Positions 48,258 to 58,667 of a DNA stretch of 64,000 bases are shown piece after piece. Source of the stretch: Candidatus Heimdallarchaeota archaeon (GTDB taxonomy: Archaea; Asgardarchaeota; Heimdallarchaeia; Hodarchaeales; Hodarchaeaceae). The notes under the pieces are model-generated. The model was not told the DNA's origin. It ran no database searches and saw only the letters and a list, made by a program, of their open reading frames with translations. The position numbers and the translations under genes are program-made. Numbering within the stretch: position 1 is the first letter of the stretch; each line of letters starts with the position of its first letter. The stretch covers positions 328,599 to 392,598 of the forward strand of contig RDOB01000002.1 in assembly GCA_011364965.1 (NCBI GenBank). The letters are read 5' to 3'.

Positions 48258-49757
48258 TTGGTTCAAGAAAAATTTATTGGCGCGATTGATCAGGGGACTA
48301 CAGGAACACGATTTATGATATTTGATAAGGACAGCAACCTTTTAGCAGCTCATTATAAGGAACATGAACAGATTTTTCCAAGACCAGGATGGGTGGAACA
48401 CAATCCGATAGAAATCTGGGAGAATACAAAATATGTTATGAAAGAGGCTCTTAAAGAAGCAAAAATGTCTCTTTTAGATATTCTAGCTATAGGAATCACT
48501 AATCAAAGGGAAACCACGGTTATTTGGGATAAAAATACTGGTATTCCATTATTTAATGCAATAGTATGGCAATGTGTAAGAACTAGTGATATTTGTAATG
48601 AAATAATCCAAGACGGATATAACTCTGTATTTCAAGAAAAAACTGGATTAGTTACTGCTACTTATTTCTCTGGGCCTAAAATTGCTTGGATATTGAGAAA
48701 TATACCAGGAGCTCAAGAAAAAGCTGAGAGAGGAGATCTACTTTTTGGAAATATTGATACATGGTTAATTTGGAATTTAACTGGCGGCTCTCATATCACT
48801 GATTATTCTAACGCTTCGCGAACTATGTTGATGGATCTAAAAAGTCTTGAATGGGATTCAGAATTATGTAATTATCTCAAAATTCCCCAGTCTATGCTTC
48901 CTGAAATTCGTCCTTCAAGTGACTCTGCAGGATATGGGCATATTAAATTTGATGGGATTACTCATGGCCCTGTTATTTGTGGAGATCTCGGTGATCAACA
49001 AGCTGCCTTATTTGGTCAAACATGTTTTGATACAGGAAATGCAAAAAATACTTACGGTACAGGTAATTTCCTCCTTTTAAATACTGGAGAGAAAATTGTA
49101 AAATCCGAATCTGGCTTACTCACGACTGTGGGTTATGGAATAGGTTCTGATGTTTCCTATGCGCTTGAAGGGAGTGTAGCTATTGGAGGAGCGGTAATTC
49201 AATGGCTCCGAGACCAATTAAAGATTATAAGTTCTGCATCAGAGTCAGAACATTTGGCCACTTCGGTTTCAGATAATGGTGGGGTATATTTTGTCCCTGC
49301 GTTCGTTGGTCTATTTTCTCCCCATTGGGATATTTCCGCACGTGGAGCTATTGTCGGATTGACTCGTGGAAGTAATAAAGCTCATATCGCCCGTGCTGCA
49401 CTTGAGTCTATTGCATTTCAATCTTACGACGTTTTCAAAGCTATGGAAAAAGATAGTGGAATCTCTCTGAAAAGTTTAAGGGTGGACGGGGGTGCTTCTA
49501 AAAATGATTTTTTAATGCAATTTCAAGCAGATTTATTAGGAATTGACTGCATTCGGCCTAAAATTGAGGAAACGACCGTTTTAGGAGCAACATATGCTGC
49601 TGGTCTGGCTGTAAATTATTGGTCAAATATAGAAGAATTGAGAAAAGGCTGGTCAATTGATAGAGTATTCTCATCCAAAATCGACGAATCCTCTAGAGCA
49701 GATATAGTCCATTTATGGCATAAAGCAATTGGTAAATCAAAAGGATGGGTGGAATAA
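48258..49757 (+). CDS. glpK: Glycerol kinase (FGGY family), TTG start with a GGAGAG RBS
   Basis: The N-terminal AIDQGTTGTRFMIFD phosphate-1 motif, and the FGGY C-terminal domain with the GGASKN adenosine motif. Confidence 0.9.
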   Translation: MVQEKFIGAIDQGTTGTRFMIFDKDSNLLAAHYKEHEQIFPRPGWVEHNPIEIWENTKYVMKEALKEAKMSLLDILAIGITNQRETTVIWDKNTGIPLFNAIVWQCVRTSDICNEIIQDGYNSVFQEKTGLVTATYFSGPKIAWILRNIPGAQEKAERGDLLFGNIDTWLIWNLTGGSHITDYSNASRTMLMDLKSLEWDSELCNYLKIPQSMLPEIRPSSDSAGYGHIKFDGITHGPVICGDLGDQQAALFGQTCFDTGNAKNTYGTGNFLLLNTGEKIVKSESGLLTTVGYGIGSDVSYALEGSVAIGGAVIQWLRDQLKIISSASESEHLATSVSDNGGVYFVPAFVGLFSPHWDISARGAIVGLTRGSNKAHIARAALESIAFQSYDVFKAMEKDSGISLKSLRVDGGASKNDFLMQFQADLLGIDCIRPKIEETTVLGATYAAGLAVNYWSNIEELRKGWSIDRVFSSKIDESSRADIVHLWHKAIGKSKGWVE

Positions 49758-49775
49758 AAGAGCAAAATCATCCAG

Positions 49776-50504
49776 CTACTTTTCTTCGACTAGAAATAAA
49801 TGTATGGATTTTTCCATTTCAAGAATGGAATCATAGATTGCATCTGGTCTGCATTTTTCGAGAGTTGTTCGACTTGAATATCCTGTGGTGATACCAAAAG
49901 TTGTCATCCCAATAGTTTTTCCTGCTATGATATCTCCTCCCAAATCTCCAATAATAGCACACGATCTAGGATCGTCTGTTAAATCAAATTTCCTTAAAAA
50001 ATGGATAAAACCTTCCTCCTTATGTTTAGTAAATTCTCCTAATCCTATAATCATATCATTTTTAAAATATTTATCCCCTTTTAGATGATTATTCAAGAAA
50101 ATATCTATCTTTTTTCTTGAACTCATACTCACTATAGCTATTTTTATTCCTGCTTTTTGCAATCGCTTGAGAGCGAATTCAGCGTCTTTTGTAGGTTTTG
50201 CCAGATAGAATAATTTCTTGTGATTCCTCCCAACATAGTAAACCATCTGTAAAGCTTTTACTATACTGAACCCTAACCCTCTCGTTGCCTTGAATATTGC
50301 TAGAAGAATTTTCCATTTTACATTACGTTCATCTTCTGCAGTTTTGGAGAAAATTAATTCATTAGACAATAGAATTAGGTCATTAGTATTTACACCGAGT
50401 TTTTTGGCGACTAGGTCAAAATAGTACCTATGAGTATCTACTAGTGTCCCATCAAAGTCAAATATCACAGCTTTAATTGGAATATACACTAGTTGGGGAG
50501 GCAT
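49776..50504 (-). CDS. HAD-superfamily hydrolase
   Basis: Motif I IKAVIFDFDGTLVDT, a Lys motif and GDLGGD. Confidence 0.75.
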   Translation of the reverse strand: MPPQLVYIPIKAVIFDFDGTLVDTHRYYFDLVAKKLGVNTNDLILLSNELIFSKTAEDERNVKWKILLAIFKATRGLGFSIVKALQMVYYVGRNHKKLFYLAKPTKDAEFALKRLQKAGIKIAIVSMSSRKKIDIFLNNHLKGDKYFKNDMIIGLGEFTKHKEEGFIHFLRKFDLTDDPRSCAIIGDLGGDIIAGKTIGMTTFGITTGYSSRTTLEKCRPDAIYDSILEMEKSIHLFLVEEK

Positions 50505-50682
50505 ACTTCTCGCTTCGAAAAATTTGCTTGATTTTCTTTTTCATTTTGTATATGATATCCCCCTTTTTGGCTTTCGCTTAGAACTTACTTTTTTTAAATA
50601 TTCCCCGATTGGGATTAATTATCTGTTATTTATAGTATCTAAAGATATATGAAATTTAAACGGAGAATATCGAGGATTAGAT

Positions 50683-51636
50683 TTGAAATTTGACTTTAAA
50701 GACCCATTAAAAGGCCTAGATCTCAAGCTTAAAATTTGCGACTCTCACGTTCATATTTGGGCTGTGGATGCATATCCTAAATTGGAAAAGTGGGCTGAAC
50801 TATTTGGTATAAAACGATTTTTAGGGATTGCTCAACCTGAAATTAAGAAGGGATTAGAAAAGAATGGAACTTCAGCAAACATAATTTTTGCATATTATAT
50901 GCCTGTAGATGCATGGGCCCATTATGATATCCCGAAACTCCTTTCTGCAGTAGATGAAGCCATTAAATTTGGATATCCTGTTGTTAAAATGTGGTTTGGG
51001 CCAAGATTTTTAGATTTGACAAAATCAGAGAAAGAATTTTCAATCTCCTCCCCTAATTTTGATCCAGTATTTTCAAAAATTGAGGAACAGGATTTAATTG
51101 TTGACATTCACGTTGCTGATCCTGACTACTGGTATCAAACTACATATACAAATGTGAAGAAATACCGCACAAAGAAAACAGCTCTTAATGAATTCTGTTG
51201 CGTTTTAGAAAAACACCCGTCAATGAAAGCAATAAGTATTCATTTTGGAAGCCTTCCTGAAGATTTAAATTTACTTTCGAATATTTTGGAAAAGTTTCCT
51301 AACCTTTCTATAGACACTGCCTCAACAAAATGGATGATACGGGAATTAGGTAAGAATCTTGAAGATAGTCGTGAGTTTATTCTAAATCATTCAGATCGGA
51401 TATTATTTGCGACAGATTTATCTGTAGGTTGGGGAGATCGTACTGATAATTATTATGCGTCACGGTATTGGTCACAGAGAATTTTCTGGGAAACTGATGT
51501 CAAAGGAATCGAATTACCATTCGATGATACTGACAATCCAAATCCTCCTACTTTGATAAACGGATTAAATCTACCTGTACCAATTCTTCAAAATATTTAT
51601 TGGAAAAATGCTTTAGAGATTTTTAAAGAATTATAA
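50683..51636 (+). CDS. TIM-barrel metal-dependent hydrolase (amidohydrolase-2-like)
   Basis: KICDSHVHIW N-terminal His pair, then HVAD and a D near the C-terminus. Size 317 aa. Confidence 0.55.
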   Translation: MKFDFKDPLKGLDLKLKICDSHVHIWAVDAYPKLEKWAELFGIKRFLGIAQPEIKKGLEKNGTSANIIFAYYMPVDAWAHYDIPKLLSAVDEAIKFGYPVVKMWFGPRFLDLTKSEKEFSISSPNFDPVFSKIEEQDLIVDIHVADPDYWYQTTYTNVKKYRTKKTALNEFCCVLEKHPSMKAISIHFGSLPEDLNLLSNILEKFPNLSIDTASTKWMIRELGKNLEDSREFILNHSDRILFATDLSVGWGDRTDNYYASRYWSQRIFWETDVKGIELPFDDTDNPNPPTLINGLNLPVPILQNIYWKNALEIFKEL

Positions 51637-51646
51637 ACTCAATAAC

Positions 51647-53125
51647 TTAAGATTCAATGTTTAGGATCTCTTTTACCATTTCAATTTTCTTATCTATGTT
51701 TGCTTGACGAGAAATCATTATTCTTTGGGCTTGTGGAGAACCTGCACCATGTAGAGACTCTGTTTTATAGCTAACCGCCGCTACACCCATTACCAAATTT
51801 TCTATAAACCTAAACAGGCTAAATCGATCCCTCGGAGACACAGATTCACATGTTGATAAATATTTATTTAATATAGGCCCAATTTCTGAATCATTTAAGT
51901 CAAGTTCACTTGGCATTGTACATATAATGCCCCCTGCTAGATCTTCTGCTAATCTGCCAATTTCATAGGGAAACCGTGTTACATTTTGTTTATTCACGTT
52001 TGCCAATAGCATATCCATTTCATAATTACCAGCTGGACGCTGTGAACCCTTAAGGCTGCAAGCCAATGCACAACACCATAAGGTTTCATTTAAATGAACC
52101 ATTTCAACTAATTTATCTCTGATATGAGAAGCTCGATGCACTCCATTATATTCAGCCGCTAATGCAGCCGCTCCTATTAGTACATCTCCTACACCGGTCT
52201 TACAGGCATAAGATTGTCTGTGATATCCCGCAAAACGATTAACTAGATCCCCAGAGAACTCAATCTCCCCATTCATGAAAATTTGATTGGTGGGAATTAC
52301 TACATCATCAAAAATAACAAAAATTTCCTGACCACCAAATTTAAAATTCCCAATATCTAAGGTAGCTTCCTCCAGTTTTCTTTTATCACAGGATTGTCTA
52401 CCATAGACCATTGTAATTCCTTTTGCATTAGTATCGACTCCAAAACTAATAGCAAATTTCTCCTCTCCCTCTCTTAACGCTATCGTGGGCATTATAATTG
52501 CTCTGTGGGAATTTAAAAATCCGGTTTGGTGAACTTTTGCCCCCCGAACGACAATTTCATCATCATTTTCTTCTACGAGGTGTAAATATGCGTCAGGATT
52601 AGATTGATTAATTGGTCTACCTCCTCTATCTCCTTTCGGATCAGTCATGCTTCCTGCTACAAATAAATCCTGCTTTTGCACCTCCTTCCAATATTCCTTA
52701 AAGTTGGTATGGTAATGCGTGCCATGATTTTGGTCTATTTCCCAACTCACACTAAAAAGAGCGTTTGCTGCGTCAAACCCAACACATCTTTGAAAGCAAC
52801 AGGCAGTTTTTTGTCCAAGTAATCGTTGCATTTCAACTTTTTTAATCAAATCTTCAACCGATTGATGGATATGAGTAAATCGATTAATTGTTTCTCCAGT
52901 TAAATTGGATTTGGCAGTCATTAAATCTTTATATTCCTCTTGTTGAGCTAGTTCGTAGATTTTCTTTGCAGTATTGATTGAAGGTTCAATAATTTTGAAA
53001 AAAGGATGTTCCCAAAATCTTTTGATTTTTTCACCAAACATGAAAAGGGTTACTTCCCGTTTCAGGCTCTCAAAATATTCATCTGGAGTTTTTAGAGGCA
53101 TTTCTAACACCTTAAATTTATACAC
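51647..53125 (-). CDS. 4-hydroxybutyryl-CoA dehydratase/vinylacetyl-CoA isomerase family (HpaB/AbfD superfamily), paralog 1
   Basis: Size ~490 aa. Has the INRFTHIHQS region, a CxxxC pair (ACCFQRCVGFDA), and a downstream His...Cys (YHRQSYACK) matching the AbfD [4Fe-4S] ligand spacing. Confidence 0.6.
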   Translation of the reverse strand: MYKFKVLEMPLKTPDEYFESLKREVTLFMFGEKIKRFWEHPFFKIIEPSINTAKKIYELAQQEEYKDLMTAKSNLTGETINRFTHIHQSVEDLIKKVEMQRLLGQKTACCFQRCVGFDAANALFSVSWEIDQNHGTHYHTNFKEYWKEVQKQDLFVAGSMTDPKGDRGGRPINQSNPDAYLHLVEENDDEIVVRGAKVHQTGFLNSHRAIIMPTIALREGEEKFAISFGVDTNAKGITMVYGRQSCDKRKLEEATLDIGNFKFGGQEIFVIFDDVVIPTNQIFMNGEIEFSGDLVNRFAGYHRQSYACKTGVGDVLIGAAALAAEYNGVHRASHIRDKLVEMVHLNETLWCCALACSLKGSQRPAGNYEMDMLLANVNKQNVTRFPYEIGRLAEDLAGGIICTMPSELDLNDSEIGPILNKYLSTCESVSPRDRFSLFRFIENLVMGVAAVSYKTESLHGAGSPQAQRIMISRQANIDKKIEMVKEILNIES

Positions 53126-53225
53126 ATAACTCAGTTTATTAATTATTTTGATGAAAGAATGTAAAGCGAAACTGCCAAAAATTCTTATTCACTTATTATG
53201 TGAAGGGATAATTATCTCAAAATAG

Positions 53226-54014
53226 ATGGTCAGAATGAACAATGAGTATTTGGAAATAGCCAAAATAGCAGCAAAAGAAGCTGGTGAGATTTTAAAGGAA
53301 TATTACGGTAAATTTCTCCACATTACTAGAAAAGAGGATGATAGCATTGTAACAGGAGCAGATTTGGCATCTGACTCTATTATAAGGAATATAATAAAAG
53401 AAAAGTATCCAAATCATTCGTTTCTAAGCGAGGAGAGCGGAAAAGAAGAGATATTATCGGATTATAAATGGATAATTGATCCATTAGATGGAACTACAAA
53501 TTTTACCATTTTAAATCCATTTTTTGCAGTTTCAATTGGCTTAGTATTTAGAGATACTCCCCTCATAGGTGTAGTTTATTTTCCTCTCCAAAAGGAGATT
53601 TTTTATGCCATAAAAGGTAAAGGAGCGTTCTTGGAACATCAGGTTTTACAGGTTAATTCTGAAGCAAGTTTATCAAGCTCATTTATTACATACTGCAATG
53701 GAAGAGATCTTAATTCTCGAAAAAAAATTATAGAATTGTACTCCGAATTGAAATTAAGAAATAATCATGTAAGACAAATTGGAGCTGCAGCTTTAGAATT
53801 AGCCTATGTAGCCTCTGGGCGAACAGGGGCTTTCCTTTTGCCAGGTGTCAGTGCTTGGGATGTAATTGCTGGAGTTTTATTAGTTAAAGAATCCAAGGGA
53901 ATTACTACTGATTTCAATGGAAATCCGTTCTCATTAGAATCAAAAACCCTTTTAGCAGCCCCTCCAAAGCTACATAGTGAAATATTGGAAATTATCATGA
54001 ATCTCTCAAATTAA
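53226..54014 (+). CDS. Inositol-monophosphatase/fructose-1,6-bisphosphatase family (IMPase/SuhB-like)
   Basis: Motifs FLSEES, WIIDPLDGTTNF and GAAALEL. Confidence 0.8.
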   Translation: MVRMNNEYLEIAKIAAKEAGEILKEYYGKFLHITRKEDDSIVTGADLASDSIIRNIIKEKYPNHSFLSEESGKEEILSDYKWIIDPLDGTTNFTILNPFFAVSIGLVFRDTPLIGVVYFPLQKEIFYAIKGKGAFLEHQVLQVNSEASLSSSFITYCNGRDLNSRKKIIELYSELKLRNNHVRQIGAAALELAYVASGRTGAFLLPGVSAWDVIAGVLLVKESKGITTDFNGNPFSLESKTLLAAPPKLHSEILEIIMNLSN

Positions 54015-54064
54015 CACCTTTCAGCATATATAGAAAGTTAAAATTATGGATATGTTATAATAGT

Positions 54065-55027
54065 ATGTCAAAATACCCCAAAATTAAGGTTTATCTAATA
54101 ACTGGATTTCTAGGGACTGGGAAAACAACTTTAATCCAAAATCTATTACCTCATTTCAGGTCTTCTATCATTGGTGTACTTATTAATGAGTTTGGGGAAA
54201 TTGGAATTGACAGTCAGCTTATTCCTTTGAATCCACCATCATTAATCGAGGTTATAGGGGGTTCAATATTTTGTCAATGTTGCCGAGAACATTTTCTGCA
54301 AGCATTGTTTAAATTCTCTACTTCCGCTATCGAAATATTACTCATAGAAACATCTGGTCTATCTGATCCCACTCCTTTCTTAATTGATTTTCAACTTGTT
54401 CAAGAGAAAACTAACGAGGCGTTTGAATACAAAGGTTGTATTTGTGTTGTAGATACACCTCGTTTTTTGGAGACACATGCAGCTTTGGATGTTGTTAATA
54501 AACAAATAATAAGTTCAGAAATAGTTCTTATTAATAAAATCGATTTAGCAGATATTGATACAATTGAAAGGGTAAAAAACCAGATTTTAAACATTAAAGA
54601 AAATCTAAATATTTACAAAACAACTTATTGTCAAATATTACTCGATTTTTTGAATCAGCTAGAAATGTCTCCCATTACTATTATAAATCGGGATTTTAGT
54701 AATAGCTCAGTAACGACATCTCATATGGATATTAATCTTACCTCTATCACGCTATTAAATAGAAATAATTTATTATCTTTCCTTAATGCTATAGCTCCAA
54801 AATCCAGAAGAATTAAAGGATTTGTAAGACTAGAAGATAATTATCTATACTATGTAGATTGTGTAGATCAGGAGATAAAGCTAGAAAAAAAGGATCTGAA
54901 TATTATAGAATCCAAAATAGTAGTAATTTTTTGTGAAGGGATTGATATTACAGAAATTTCTAGCGTTTTCGATAAGTGGGAAACCTTGATTGCTAGTTAT
55001 TCAGGAAGAAGTGGAATGTCAAAATAG
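54065..55027 (+). CDS. CobW/COG0523-family GTPase metallochaperone
   Basis: P-loop ITGFLGTGKTTL, a CxCC motif (FCQCCRE), an ETSG switch and NKIDL. Carries the C-terminal CobW_C-like domain. Confidence 0.75.
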   Translation: MSKYPKIKVYLITGFLGTGKTTLIQNLLPHFRSSIIGVLINEFGEIGIDSQLIPLNPPSLIEVIGGSIFCQCCREHFLQALFKFSTSAIEILLIETSGLSDPTPFLIDFQLVQEKTNEAFEYKGCICVVDTPRFLETHAALDVVNKQIISSEIVLINKIDLADIDTIERVKNQILNIKENLNIYKTTYCQILLDFLNQLEMSPITIINRDFSNSSVTTSHMDINLTSITLLNRNNLLSFLNAIAPKSRRIKGFVRLEDNYLYYVDCVDQEIKLEKKDLNIIESKIVVIFCEGIDITEISSVFDKWETLIASYSGRSGMSK

Positions 55028-56613
55028 AATATAACTCCATTATCAATTTTACTTTCAACCCATATCTTTCCACCATGGGTTTCAATAATTTTTTTGACAT
55101 TTGCAAGGCCAATACCACTTCCTGTGACACCTAAAGGATTGGGGATTCGTGTGAAAAGCTGAAAAATCTTGGAATGATATTTTTTAGGGATTCCTGTCCC
55201 CGTATCTTTAACATAAATTGTTACAAAGTCTTTTCGTTTTTCATACATACCAATTTTAATTTCTCGTTCCTTACTTTCACCCATGTATTTTATACTATTA
55301 TCTATTAAATTATCAAAAACCTGTATGAAACGAGTTCGTTCAACATATACATCAGGTAGATCTTTTTCAATATTTACTTCAATATTTGAGGCCTGTAAGC
55401 TTGGTAAAAACCCATTAACAACTTCAACGACAATTTCATTAAGAGGATAGAACCCTTTTCTTTCAATGGTATGTCCTATTCGGGAATAATCAACAATATC
55501 ATTAATTATTTTATTCATCTGATCAATTTTATTCTCAATGCGCTCAAAAAAGGTGAATAGTTCGTGATCTATTCTATCGCTCTGTACATTCTTTTTAATC
55601 AGTTCAGAAAATCCAGCTATGGAATGCAGGGGGGTTTTTAAGTCGTGCGAGATGGTATATACAAATTCTTCTAATTCTTTTGATTTTCCCTGAAGTCTAT
55701 CGTTTATTCGAGTGAGCTCTTCATTTGCTTGAGACAATTCAACTGTTCGATCTTTTACCAATTTCTCAAGGCGTGTCCGATACTCATGAAGCTCGGTATT
55801 ATCATTAAAAGCACTCAAGATAACTTTCTCCCCTCCTAGTTCGAAAGTATTCATATTCAGTAGAGAAGGGAAGCTTGTTCCATCTTTTCTCCTTAAAGGT
55901 ACCTCTTTTCCTCTGATAGTGCCTTTCTTTTCAATGAGACTAAGCATTTCCTGTCTATCTTGAGGATTAATCCAAAACTCGGTAGAGGAGATCCTTTTGA
56001 TTTCATTTCTTTCATAACCCAATATCCTAAGTAGGGCATCGTTATATTCAATCATCTCTCCGTCATAGGTAGCAATCCCAATCCCAATCGGAACAGACTC
56101 AAATAATATTCGATACTTTTCTTCACTTTCTTTTAAAGCTTCTTCCACGTCTTTTTGTTTTGAAACATTCATTATAGAAAATATGATTTTAGATAAATCG
56201 TGTTCGTGACCAGGTACAACAACACTTCGTAAAGCAACATCAATCTTTTCTCCAGATAATGTCTTGTTGATTAATTCTGCTTCAAAAACTCGTTCTCCTT
56301 CAGATATTGCGACTATTTCCTCAACAAAAGATGCATATGAATCCTCTGATAGTAATTTTCTAATATTGCCTAAAAGATCTTCTTTCTTTTCTGCGCCATA
56401 AATCTCCATTGCTCTTTTATTTACATCAGTAATTTTAGCTAGCTCTAATAATTTTTCAATCTGCTCTGGTCTTGATTTAAGATATTTGGCCAAATTTTTT
56501 ATTTTACGTTTTTTTAAGGTGTCAAGATAAAGCTTAACTTCGCTGAAATCTTCCTCAAACTGACAGATAGGAGATTCCTCAAAAAGAACGCGATATCTAT
56601 CCTCAGATTCCAT
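54997..56613 (-). CDS. Cytoplasmic sensor histidine kinase with two PAS domains
   Basis: H-box ISHDLKTPL, and N, G1 and G2 boxes (DNLIDNSIKY, KDTGTGIP, GSGIGLANVKKI). There is no TM segment. Two PAS-like repeats in the N-terminal half. Confidence 0.8.
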   Translation of the reverse strand: MESEDRYRVLFEESPICQFEEDFSEVKLYLDTLKKRKIKNLAKYLKSRPEQIEKLLELAKITDVNKRAMEIYGAEKKEDLLGNIRKLLSEDSYASFVEEIVAISEGERVFEAELINKTLSGEKIDVALRSVVVPGHEHDLSKIIFSIMNVSKQKDVEEALKESEEKYRILFESVPIGIGIATYDGEMIEYNDALLRILGYERNEIKRISSTEFWINPQDRQEMLSLIEKKGTIRGKEVPLRRKDGTSFPSLLNMNTFELGGEKVILSAFNDNTELHEYRTRLEKLVKDRTVELSQANEELTRINDRLQGKSKELEEFVYTISHDLKTPLHSIAGFSELIKKNVQSDRIDHELFTFFERIENKIDQMNKIINDIVDYSRIGHTIERKGFYPLNEIVVEVVNGFLPSLQASNIEVNIEKDLPDVYVERTRFIQVFDNLIDNSIKYMGESKEREIKIGMYEKRKDFVTIYVKDTGTGIPKKYHSKIFQLFTRIPNPLGVTGSGIGLANVKKIIETHGGKIWVESKIDNGVIFYFDIPLLPE

Positions 56614-56868
56614 TTCTAAAGACCCTCAATCAGAAGAATACAATAAACTAAAGTTTAATCCTTACAATTAAACTTAAAGCTTGAATTCTATTTAAATAAT
56701 AGCATATAGATTTTGTTAGACAATGAATAGAGAAAAATCAAATCTGGATATATGAAAATCATCGTAGATCTGATGAGTATTCCAATGATAATAAAAATAA
56801 AATATGAAAAATTAGCTTCGCGAAACTAATGCGGTTAAGATTTAAGTTAATAAAGATGAGTCTGGTGG

Positions 56869-56892
56869 CATAGATATACCATAGATATATAA
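56869..56892 (+). promoter_or_regulatory. Tandem CATAGATATA / ATAGATATATAA repeat (TATA-like) ~60-80 bp upstream of the second 4-HBD paralog
   Basis: Read from the sequence (ggCATAGATATAcCATAGATATATAAcc). Candidate TATA box or operator. Not verified. Confidence 0.25.
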
Positions 56893-56951
56893 CCATTAGA
56901 ATTATCCTTCTTTAAAACCTAAAAACATTTGAATTTCAAATTGGTGGTAAA

Positions 56952-58397
56952 ATGAAGACATCTGAGGAATATAGAGCAAAACTTTACAATATGAAACCTA
57001 ATGTCTATATAGATGGAGATATTGTAAATAGAAAAGATAATAGACTAGAAGGATCGATTACAACTATCTGTAAAACATTTGACATGATAAATGATCCTGA
57101 ATTAAAGGATTTACTAGTTACCACTTCTCATATTTCTAATGAAAAGATAAATCGGTTCACTCATATTCATCAAACTGTGGATGACCTCCTGAAAAAACAA
57201 GAAATGACACGTAAGATATGTCATTATACTGGTGGATGTATCTTTAGATGTATGGGAGTAGATGCGATGAATTCATTGTCTATAATTACATCAAAAGCTG
57301 AAATGATGACGGGTCGTCCTTATAATCAAAGATGGTTGAAATATCTCAAATATTGGCAGAAAAATGATATTGTAGGGTGTTGTGCACAAACCGATGCAAA
57401 AGGAGATCGATCATTAAGACCCCATCAGCAAGCAGATCCAGATTTGTACGTTCGAGTGGTTGAAGAACGTGAAGATGGTATTATTGTCCGTGGAGCAAAA
57501 AATCATATTACAGCAGCTGCTATCGCTGAAGAAATAATTGTAACTCCTACGCGTTTTTTAACTTCTGAGGAAGATAAATATGCAGTATCTTTTGCAATAC
57601 CTGGAGATTGGGACGGAGTTTATCTAGTTACTCGTGCTTCAAACATGAAACAACGTGAGCATATCCCCTGCCCAGCTGGTGCTTTTGGAGATGTTGAAAC
57701 TACTGTTATCTTTGATGATACTTTTATTCCTAATGACCGTGTTTTTCTTGGAGGTGCGCCTGGAGAGCATCAATTTGGAGGATGGCTTGCTTTATTGTTC
57801 GCATTATATCATCGTCACAGTTATACCGGATGCAAACCTTCCTCTACTGATATCATTCTAGGATATTGCGCCTTAGTAAGTGAGTATAGTGGGATTGAAA
57901 ATCAAAAACATGTTCAATCCAAACTAGCTGATTTAATAAGTGTCGCAGAATTAGTCTATGCTAGTGGGATAGCAGCAGCATATAAAGCCACAAAGGATGA
58001 AACCTGCGGAACAATGATACCTGATCCAATGTTTTGTAATGTGGGTAGAAAACATGCTGGTAAGAATTATTATCATGAGCTAGAGACACTTGCTGATCTT
58101 TCTGGAGGTTTACCCGCCACTCTTCCTTTTGAGAAAGATTTTTTCAGTGAAGAACGGATTGGGGAATTACTTCAGAAGTATATCAAACGAAAAGCTGACG
58201 TTCCTGCAGAGGACATTTATAAACTCTATCGAACTCTTTCTGATGTTCTATGTTCTTCTATTGGCGGAGTAATATCGGTTGCTGGGGTTCATGGTGGAGG
58301 TAGTCCAGTAATGGAAGACATTGCAATACTTAAGCAGTATGATATTGATGCTCGAAAGAAAATAGCAAGATATCTAGCGGGAATTAAATACGATTAA
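56952..58397 (+). CDS. 4-hydroxybutyryl-CoA dehydratase/vinylacetyl-CoA isomerase family, paralog 2
   Basis: Collinear with paralog 1 (INRFTHIHQTVDDLLKK...). CxxxC in GGCIFRCMG, and H-x7-C in YHRHSYTGCKP. Confidence 0.6.
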   Translation: MKTSEEYRAKLYNMKPNVYIDGDIVNRKDNRLEGSITTICKTFDMINDPELKDLLVTTSHISNEKINRFTHIHQTVDDLLKKQEMTRKICHYTGGCIFRCMGVDAMNSLSIITSKAEMMTGRPYNQRWLKYLKYWQKNDIVGCCAQTDAKGDRSLRPHQQADPDLYVRVVEEREDGIIVRGAKNHITAAAIAEEIIVTPTRFLTSEEDKYAVSFAIPGDWDGVYLVTRASNMKQREHIPCPAGAFGDVETTVIFDDTFIPNDRVFLGGAPGEHQFGGWLALLFALYHRHSYTGCKPSSTDIILGYCALVSEYSGIENQKHVQSKLADLISVAELVYASGIAAAYKATKDETCGTMIPDPMFCNVGRKHAGKNYYHELETLADLSGGLPATLPFEKDFFSEERIGELLQKYIKRKADVPAEDIYKLYRTLSDVLCSSIGGVISVAGVHGGGSPVMEDIAILKQYDIDARKKIARYLAGIKYD

Positions 58398-58398
58398 A

Positions 58399-58436
58399 GA
58401 AAGCGACAAAAATCGCTTTTTCTTTTCTTTTCCTTT
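58399..58436 (+). terminator. Hairpin (AAGCGA-caaaaa-TCGCTT) followed by a T-rich tract after 4-HBD paralog 2
   Basis: A 6-bp stem with a 6-nt loop at 58401-58418. The following tcgcTTTTTCTTTTCTTTTCC tail is T-rich. Confidence 0.4.
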
Positions 58437-58667
58437 CCTATTAATTGCTGCTTAGGGTACTACCACATGAATTCGCTTTATATATAAAGATCATCTTTAA
58501 AAGCCCTAACGTGTTACCCGTCTTCAGAATGAAGAATAAACTTTATTTAGGGGTAAAATTAACTAGATGGTATTCGCAATGTTGACACTCTTAAATCAGT
58601 TTTCCCAAAATGTGTCTATTAAACTGCGAATGGAGAAAAGGAAGATCTTGGATTAAAGGCCATTTTT

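Noticed and set aside
51647-53125. Annotating the two ~490-aa paralogs as 4-hydroxyphenylacetate 3-monooxygenase (HpaB).
   Set aside because: The CxxxC plus His…Cys arrangement fits the Fe-S ligands of 4-hydroxybutyryl-CoA dehydratase, and HpaB lacks these cysteines. A phylogeny is still needed.
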